Source: Macrostomum lignano (Eukaryota). Taken from it: 64,000 bases of DNA. The position numbers and the translations under genes are program-made. Each line of letters opens with the position of its first letter. Position 1 is the stretch's first letter. Positions 55,903 to 64,000 of the stretch are shown here, one piece after another. The notes under the pieces are model-generated. The model ran no database searches. It had not been told where the DNA came from and worked only from the letters and a program-made list of their open reading frames with translations. Location: assembly GCA_002269645.1 (NCBI GenBank), contig NIVC01000411.1, forward strand, positions 124,001 through 188,000, in the 5' to 3' direction.

Positions 55903-58368
55903 TGCCTTGTGTTTGTTCCTGCAATTCTGCGTTAATTAGAGTACAGACGCTGCGAATATGTCTCTGATTATCTAATTAAAGCTAACTGGATCTATGTGAT
56001 TAGCAAAATTGCGATTATTAAATAGCAGTGAAAAATTAGTGTACAATTCTGTTGCTTGTTTTGTTTGCTCGCTTGCGCCTTTCCTCCACGCCTTTTTTCA
56101 GTCTTGAATTGCTCACCTTGAGTCGCGTATTGTACTCGCATGCCTGTAAATATTATATGCTACTGCGATGTGACAGTAAAAACATGCGATCTGTATTAAT
56201 TTTTTTTGCATTAGCATATAAACAAATATGTGTCATGATTGTAATGTTTAAAAAATCAACTCAATTCTGTCCTGGCAAACCTGTTAAGCTTACAACTCAG
56301 TAATTCATTTCTGAATATAGTTGTTGACAAGCAGGACGTTAATAACAGTGCTCATGGACAGTTGCAGTGCTCTTAACTTCGCAATGTACTTTCGTATCAC
56401 TCTGGTTTTTTGTTGTATTGTACTTTATTTGTGAAGTCCTTTATGTGTACAAAATTAATATAATAAATTGAAAGCGCAGTCAAGGAGGCTTCATTTATGT
56501 ATGAAACTGTAGAAGAGCTTATTAATTCACTAACGCCTATATAAAAAGACGTAAAATATCTTTATTGTTTTATAATTGATTTTTGCTTTAATGTTTTAGT
56601 GGAGAAATTCTAAATCTGCTACTTAAAAAAACTTGTACTGGGTTACTCTGGGTGTTTTCGAGCTTTCTGAGAAAAAGAGAACCATAAAACTACGTCTATG
56701 CGTATTAGGAGGAGCACGTTAGCTAAGCACTTCATACATTGCGCATGTGCGGAGCTGACAACATTTGCATGTACATTGGCCCTTCGGCTGAATGTGTGGC
56801 ATGGTACGAGCTACTATACTGATAACCACTAAAAACCGGCCTTGCAATATCTATCTCGTTAGCTTTGCTCCTGAGTAATTGACATTGACATTACGGCAGA
56901 GGTAGGCACAAGGATCACTAGAAGTTATCATTGAATACTATTGCATACTTTAAATAGTGAGCATTGAATAGTCAAGGACAGCATTTCCGTATTTTAAATA
57001 TCAAAATATTTTTAATGCAGTAAAAAAGTGCGTGTTCATGGAATGGTACGGTCATGGATTTAGATATTATAGGACACTTACTTTTACCTGATAGCCTGAT
57101 ACTGATACTAGCCTAACCTGATACTTTTACAAAATGCGTTCTTGGTATCAACGACTTGTTCTCGAGTAAGCTTTTTCGTGTCGCTCGTAGTTTTATAGGA
57201 AACACCGGAATTTTAAGTGATTTTATCAAAATGACAACTTAAGTGTGCTGAAAGTTTTTTATAAGCTAAAATTAAAACCTAAGTGTTTTAATAAGCGTTG
57301 TTTCTCCAGTTTTTCGCTTTAGGATTCAAATACGCAGTACAACATTGCAATGTTGATGCTTGGATACAGTTTCAAGCAGTATGACTGATTTAAGGTGATC
57401 GATTGAGTTTGTCGTTAGTCATTTACTCAATTGCTTCATTTGCTCATCAGAAATGCGCCACAGACAGACTAGATAAAAGCTTTAAAAGATTATTAATACA
57501 TTATGGGTAAGCTATGTAAAATTTTAAGACTTTATATTTATCTTATCTATCTGCTTTTTTGTACCATTTTTGTACAATATATATTAGCTATATTTTCAGA
57601 TTGGAATGCATATAAACAAGTGACATAACCTTCAATAAAACTTAAAAGGTCTATTTAGGAAAAAATTCTATTAATTCAAAATTTTTTCGTCATTTTCCTG
57701 TAAAACTGAGCTTTTCTGTGTATTCAGTATATGCAGACTGCAGTATTCTAGTACTAAATATATTTACCTAAAAGGACTATGAGACTATGAGCTACTTCTA
57801 AGTTCTACTATCTTGCATATAATTTTAAAAAAGCCTAAAGTTTTTCCAACAGAATTTCACAAAGATTGCAGCCATATATGCGTTTTTGCACATTATTTTG
57901 TTCTATTAATAATACTAGCTACAGTCAGGATATTATTATTATTATTATTATCATTAGCTTGTAATATGCTTATTTCTTACTTATTTTTTTGTGATTGTAT
58001 AATTTGGATCTCTTTCTGCCTTCAGGAAAAAGTTCAAGAGATTTTTACACTTGATCATGTCATTTTTTAGAAACAAAAAGTTGCTCATCAAATATTTAAT
58101 GTATAGCTAATATTAATAGTTCTATTTGATAATGCCTTGAAATTTAGCATTTATGAGCAAAGTATATATGGTATTACTAATAAATTGTTATATAGAATAT
58201 TATCAGTCAAATATAATTGTTCATGATATCTACATGTATAGTGTAAATGATTTAAAAAATTTGTGACAAATGATTTTTCTATATTTAAGGCAGAGATAAT
58301 TAATTATAAAAAACTGTCAGTGTCAATTTTCTTTAAGTCAGATTGAATAAATCCTCAGCAGGAAACAC

Positions 58369-60289
58369 ATGCCCCTCACCCCATCTCCTCGTGCAGAGGC
58401 CGTCCGGCACCCGATCTCGTCTGGTCTGTTCAACAAGGACGAGAACTACGTCCGCGGCATCGAAGCGGCCGTCGAGGAGCTCTACGAGCGCGAGTTCGCC
58501 GAGCAGTGCCACACGCCGCAGTACGCGCTGAGGCTCAGGCAAGACTACCCGGAGCCCTGCAAAGAATCGCTTCTGTTCAAGACCCATCTGCTGGCACCTA
58601 ACCGGGTGAGTTATTTTCAGTCACGGCACCATAGGAACAATTTTTAGGAAAAGTTCCTAAAATATATTTGAAGGCCAAATTTGAATTATTTTTTAAGGCC
58701 AATTTCGATTGGTTTTTTTCCATCTTTTACCTTTCAAACTGCGTTAGAGAAAGGCGAGGCTACTTAAAGTAATATGCAATTCTTGAGAAAGAAACAGACC
58801 AGAAATCATAATGCATACGTATTCGCTTCTTTTCTGATTCTTGTCAGCTACTAACAGTAGAGTTAATCGATTGTTTCACTATTCTAAGCAGAAAAGCATA
58901 ATTATTGTTCTATGGCAGTGTCCATCAAACTGTAGTGTTTTCTTTTCTTAAATCCTTTCTTCCATTCTGCACGCTTTGCAAGCCGTCCACCCAAACCAGT
59001 GAATTGCAATTGCCCAGAGCAGCAGCGGCGAAAATGAGAAAGCGAGAGTCCTACATCATTAATTATTAATGAGCCTTGCCAAGTCTGCATCTGTAATCAA
59101 CTCAATCCGATACCATGCCGTTCCGCTTGACAACGGCGAGAACTCTCTTCAACTATAGACTTGCAGACTCACTCGTGTGAGCCCTGTGCAAGTTTTACAG
59201 CCTCCTCCACGCCATCCTGGCTCCCATTTTAAACCCATTGGCATAGGCTGGGAACTTCTATAAAAGCTGAACTGCATTTTGGATTTGTTATAAACACGAT
59301 ATCCGGCTTCAATTTCTTCTTTGTACCGAGTGAGTTTTGCGTTTTCAGTTATGCCTTTCAAATGCATTCATCATTTTGCGCTTTTCAGCATGTCTTATTG
59401 TGTCTCATCATGTCTCATTGTATCATCATGTCTCATCATGTCTCACCATGTTTCATTGTCTCATGATGTCTCATGATGTCTCATGTTGTCTCATGATGTC
59501 TCATGATGTCTCATGTTGTCTCATGATGTCTCATGTTGTCTCATGATGTCTCATGATGTCTCATGATGTCTCATGTTGTCTCATGATGTCTCATGTTGTC
59601 TCATGTTGTCTCATGATGTCTCATGTTGTCTCATGATGTCTCATGTTGTCTCATGATGTCTCATGTTGTCTCATGATGTCTCATGTTGTCTCATGATGTC
59701 TCATGATGTCTCATGATGTCTCATGTTGTCTCATGTTGTCTCATGATGTCTCATGATGTCTCATGATGTCTCATGATGTCTCATGTTGTCTCATGTTGTC
59801 TCGTCTCATGATGTCTCATAATGCCTCATGTCTCATGATGTCTCATGATTTTTCGTCATGTCTCGTCATCTCTAATTGTGTCTCATCATGTTTTACGGTA
59901 TCTCATCGTGTCTCATAATGCCTAATAATGTCTAATCATGTGTAAAAATCGGCTCTCATTATGTTTCATAATATCTCATTTCCCCATAAACATTATTATA
60001 TGCTCATCGTGACTCACCAGAGGCAGACAAACGCGCTTTGATTCCAGCAAAGCCAACAGCTCTGCTGGCTCACGAACAATGGTGATCGTGCGCACCAGCC
60101 ACGGCAACTACGAGCTGCACATTCCCGGCTATCCGTCCCAGATTATCAACTTCCTTTACAAGGTTTGCCCTGCCCGCCATCCCAGTGCGTGCACTTCTGG
60201 TCACAGCGTCACCCACCTGTCCGACACAAAATATCAAACTGTCACGTTTTACACATTCTTAGTAGTTACAGTAGTAGTCTGTGCATGCA

Positions 60290-60362
<73 letters not shown>

Positions 60363-62131
60363 GTCTAATATTTATCCCTTCCTTTTGTCACAAATTTTTC
60401 AATATTGCGAAAAATCGTTTTGATTAGAATTTTTAGATCACTTCGATATTACTACTTAGTAGTATTAAAATGATCTTGTGTTGATTTTTAAATCTTATAT
60501 TTTCAGCATTGAGTTTATAAATATCTAGCAAATTGAAAAAGTCTAAACATTTAGCACTTCATGAAATTTGTTTCGATACATATCGGCTGAAATGCATGTT
60601 CCTTATTTATTTTCACTCGCTTTTAAAATTAAGAAAGACAGGTCGCACGTCTTTATCTTTCTCTGACTTCCGTAAAGATCATATACTGTTTACTCAGATT
60701 ATTTGAGATCCCGAATCTTCCAAAATTGATTTGCTCAGATCCTCGAATCTTCCGCAGCTCGAGCAGCAGGACGGCGGAGCGCGCCGAGCAAAATCTGCTT
60801 ACGAGAAAACTCGCCGCCAAAACCCGGCCATCCCGCCCGGGAGCTTCTATCGGCCGACGTCTGCGCACCCGTTCCTGCAGCCGCAGCAGCAGCCGCAGCA
60901 GCTCCAGCAGCCTCCGCCTGAACCTGCCGGCGAGGACTCTTACAGATATGGCAGGCCAACCAGAGCTTCGTGAGTTGCTGTTTGCCCTCTATTTGTTATT
61001 TACTTGTCACAGCATCCGTGACTTCCCCTCTCCCCTTCCCTATCTCCGTGTCGCGACTTGCTTAGGCATTCTTCTGCTCTTCTGAACTCGGCTCTTTTTA
61101 CTCCATCTGTCTGTCCAGTTCAGTCTTGTCTTTCTCCTTCGCTGCCTTCTGATTGGCTCTTCGATCTGACCTCTTTCCTCTCTCTCCCCTTCCCTCGTTT
61201 CCTCTATTTTGCTCTCTCCCTCTCTCTCTCCCTCTTTCTATCTCCCTTTCTCCCTCTCTCCCTCTCTCCCTATTTCCCTCTCTCCCTATCTCCCTCTCTC
61301 CCTATCTCCCTCTCTCCCTATCTCCCTCTCTCCCTATCTCCCTTTTCCCTCTCTCCCTCTCTCCTCTCCCTCTCTCCCTCTCCCTCTCTCCCTCTCCCTC
61401 TCTCCCTCTCCCTCTCTCCCTCTCCCTCTCTCCCTCTCCCTCTCTCCCTCTCCCTCTCTCCCTCTCCCTATCTCCCTCTCTCTCTCTCCCTCTCTCCCTC
61501 TCTCCCTCTCCCTATCTCCCTCTCTCTCTCCCTCTCTCCCTCTCTCCCTGTCCCTATCTCCCTCTCTCCCTCTCCCTATCTCCCTCTCTCCCTCTCTCCC
61601 TCTCTCTCTCCCTCTCTCCCTATCTCCCTCTCTCCCTCTCTCCCTATCTTCCCCTCTCCCTATCTCCCTCTCTCCCTCTCTCCCTATCTCTTTATCTCCC
61701 TCTCTCCCTCTCTCCCTCTCCCTATCTACCCTCTCCCTTTCTCCCTCCCTCTCTCCCTCTCCCTATCTCACTCTCTCCCTCTCTCCCTCTCTCCCTATCT
61801 CCCTCTCTCTCTCTCCCCCTCTCCCTATCTCCCTCTCTCCCTCTTTCTCTCTCCCTATCTCCCTCTCTCCCTCTCTCCTTCTCTCCCTCTCCCTATCTCC
61901 CTCTCTCCCTCTCCCCCTCTCTTCCTCTCTCCCTGTCTCCCTCTCTTCGTCATTCCCTTTCCCTATACCTCTCTCCTCTCCGCCCAAAACTTATTTCGAT
62001 GCAGTATACAATCGTTACAAATCAAGAGAATTCCGCGTGCTACTTGAGCCTTGTAGAATTCTTAGAAACCAGAACCGCATTCAATCGGCCCCAGTCGCGA
62101 TTCAAGAGGAACGCCGGCAAGACCGACTGAG
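58369..62131 (+). CDS. Uncharacterised multi-exon gene, incompletely resolved
   Basis: GC-rich exon-like blocks with splice signals at 58369-58605 (MPLTPSP..LLAPNR|gtgag), 60021-60162 (..TSHGNYELHIPGYPSQIINFLYK|gt), ~60739-60969 and 62005-62131. I could not make all phases consistent. Confidence 0.4.
59400..59880. repeat. (GTCTCATGAT/GTCTCATGTT)n 10-bp repeat
   Basis: Directly visible. Confidence 0.9.
61170..61980. repeat. Polypyrimidine (CTCTCC/CCTAT) low-complexity tract
   Basis: Directly visible. Confidence 0.9.
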
Positions 62132-62220
62132 TGAGTGACGCATTGTTGAAATAAAACAATACTCAAATGACTCATTTTTTAGAAAATCATTGTTGAAAAA
62201 ATTTTCTTTAACTTTTTTAG

Positions 62221-64000
62221 GAGCAGAGAGGCTGGAACGAAAGCGCTGCATCTCTGCTAATCAAGTGCAGAGAGAGTGAGTTTTGTATTTTTTGTGTCAA
62301 ATTCGTAAAATTGCTAAATTACAGCATGAGATTATAAATATAGTGTTCACACCTGCCTCCCCACCCGTCTCACAACAAAGGCTGGCGGAACGAAAAAGCG
62401 GGCGCGTCACGGGCGAAACGTTTCACGCCTTTCTGGTTGGAGCCAGATACAACTCGTGAGTGCCTGCCCGCACTGCGCTACTCTTAGTATAAATTAGCAC
62501 TTTTTTGTGTCTGTTTATAGACAGCTTACAGACATTTATCCATCTGTCTATGGTAATCTATCTGCCTTTTATAGACATCTATACTCTCCACCCATCTATA
62601 GACTGACATCCATACCCTCCACCCATCTATAGACAGACATCTACACCTTCTGCTCATCTATAGACAGATATCTATACCCTCTGCCCATCTATAGACAGAC
62701 ATCTATACCCTCCACCCATCCATAGACAGACAGCTATATACCCTCCACTCATCTACAGATAGACATCCATATCTTCTGCCCATCTATAGACCCCTGTAGA
62801 CAGCTTTCCCGTCTATAGACATTAACCTACGTTCAGGAGGCATTCAGCTATTCGAAAGTGACTGAAGCAATCACGCTGAGCCATTGTTTCCTGTGAACCT
62901 CCCGCCACTCCGCAGAAGCAACTACATCGACCGCCGGGCCATAGACAGGTACGGCATGTACCTGCCGCGCAGCAACCCGGCTGAATGCTTTGGCCGGCCC
63001 GACCGCCTCCTGACTTCGCTCGACAGTCCGTTCGGCGACGGCGGCTGCGGCGGCGGCGGCTGTCAGCCTTCGTTCGCCAGCGGCATCGGCGGCCTCAGCG
63101 GAGGCGGCCTGGTCACCAGCGAGGACAACGAGAGGCTGGCCTCAGTGCTCAGCATGTTCAGCGGCGAGGAGGCCGCCGCAGAAGAAGCTGAGGACGGCGA
63201 GAGCGACGCCCCCGACACTGGCCGGCGACTGGTGTACTCCGTGGCCAGCGAGCGAGCCATCGAGACCGTCGAGGAGGACGACGAAGAGGCCGGCGGCGAC
63301 AGCAAGCGAGACGCTGACGGCAACCAGGGCGTCGACCCGAAGATGCCGCTGGAGACGCCGCCTCCGCCACCTCCGCCGCCATCGACAGCCGGCGACTCTC
63401 GCCGTCGGAATCTTCGCAGCGGTCAAACCGTCGGCGGATTCGGCGTTGTCGGACGGTCGTTTCAACCGCCTGTCAGCCAGCAGCCGCCGGCAACGCCGCC
63501 GACTTCGCAGCAGCAGCAGCAGAAGCGGTCGCTGTTGAACCATCAGCAGCACCAGCAGCACCAGCAGCTTCGGGATCGTCGACGAACTCCGCCGTCGATT
63601 CCGCGTGGCGCCGCCAGCCTGCCGGCCGTGCTGGGGCGGGCGATGCAGCAGCCGCCGCAGCAGCAGCTTTATCAGCACTCCGGATCTGCGTCCGGAACCC
63701 CGCGCCGAGTTGTGCCGCCAATGCCTGGCACCTATCCTGCTCACCTGCTGGCTCAGCAGCCTCAGCCTCATCAGCATAATCCTCAGCAGCAGCAGCTGCA
63801 GCCTCAGCAGCAGCGGTCCGTGAGCTTCAACCCGACGCCCGTGTCGCCGCCACGCCAGTCGCCGCACCAGCCGCAGCAGGCGCCGTTCCGCGTCGGAGAC
63901 TCGGACATCGAGCGGATGTTCGCCTTCGTTGAGACGGCGATCGCCGAGCGCAGTAGCGCCGGCACCGGCAGGCGCGCGGTCTCGGCGGGGCGCCGTCAGC
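62221..64000 (+). CDS. Exons of a Gln/Pro-rich low-complexity protein, open to the window edge
   Basis: Exon 62221-62275 joins in phase to exon 62916->64000 (SNYIDRRAIDRYGMYLPRSNPAECFGRP..QQQ..DIERMFAFVETAIAER), and the 62005-62131 exon joins in phase upstream. No stop before the edge, so this frame is absent from the ORF track. Confidence 0.6.

Overview
This is eukaryotic (invertebrate, probably protostome) genomic DNA with GC-rich exons, GT-AG introns and introns filled with minisatellites. The pattern is reminiscent of flatworm genomes such as Macrostomum, but that is inference only. Gene models spliced by eye: (1) a complete 13-exon IR25a/IR8a-type ionotropic receptor (-, 590-18380, 919 aa), with an ankyrin-repeat gene nested antisense in one intron (+, 4414-7381); (2) a SAXO/Mn-motif microtubule protein (+, 21079-24092) with an upstream RFX X-box match; (3) an unknown protein with an MGNC start and very acidic tail (-, 25216-28120); (4) eIF2B beta (+, 46583-49415); (5) ZnT9/SLC30A9 (+, 50960-55902); (6) poorly resolved exons running off the right edge. 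A transposon cluster occupies about 28.9-44 kb. It holds a decayed RTE-like LINE split by a foldback/MULE-type element, an internally deleted THAP/P-element and two MITEs. The highlight is an apparently intact, young 3772-bp Chapaev-type element (40080-43851) with a RAG1/Transib-fold transposase ORF, 322-bp CAC-starting TIRs and a 4-bp GTCA TSD. Most long ORFs in the supplied track are artefacts of tandem repeats.
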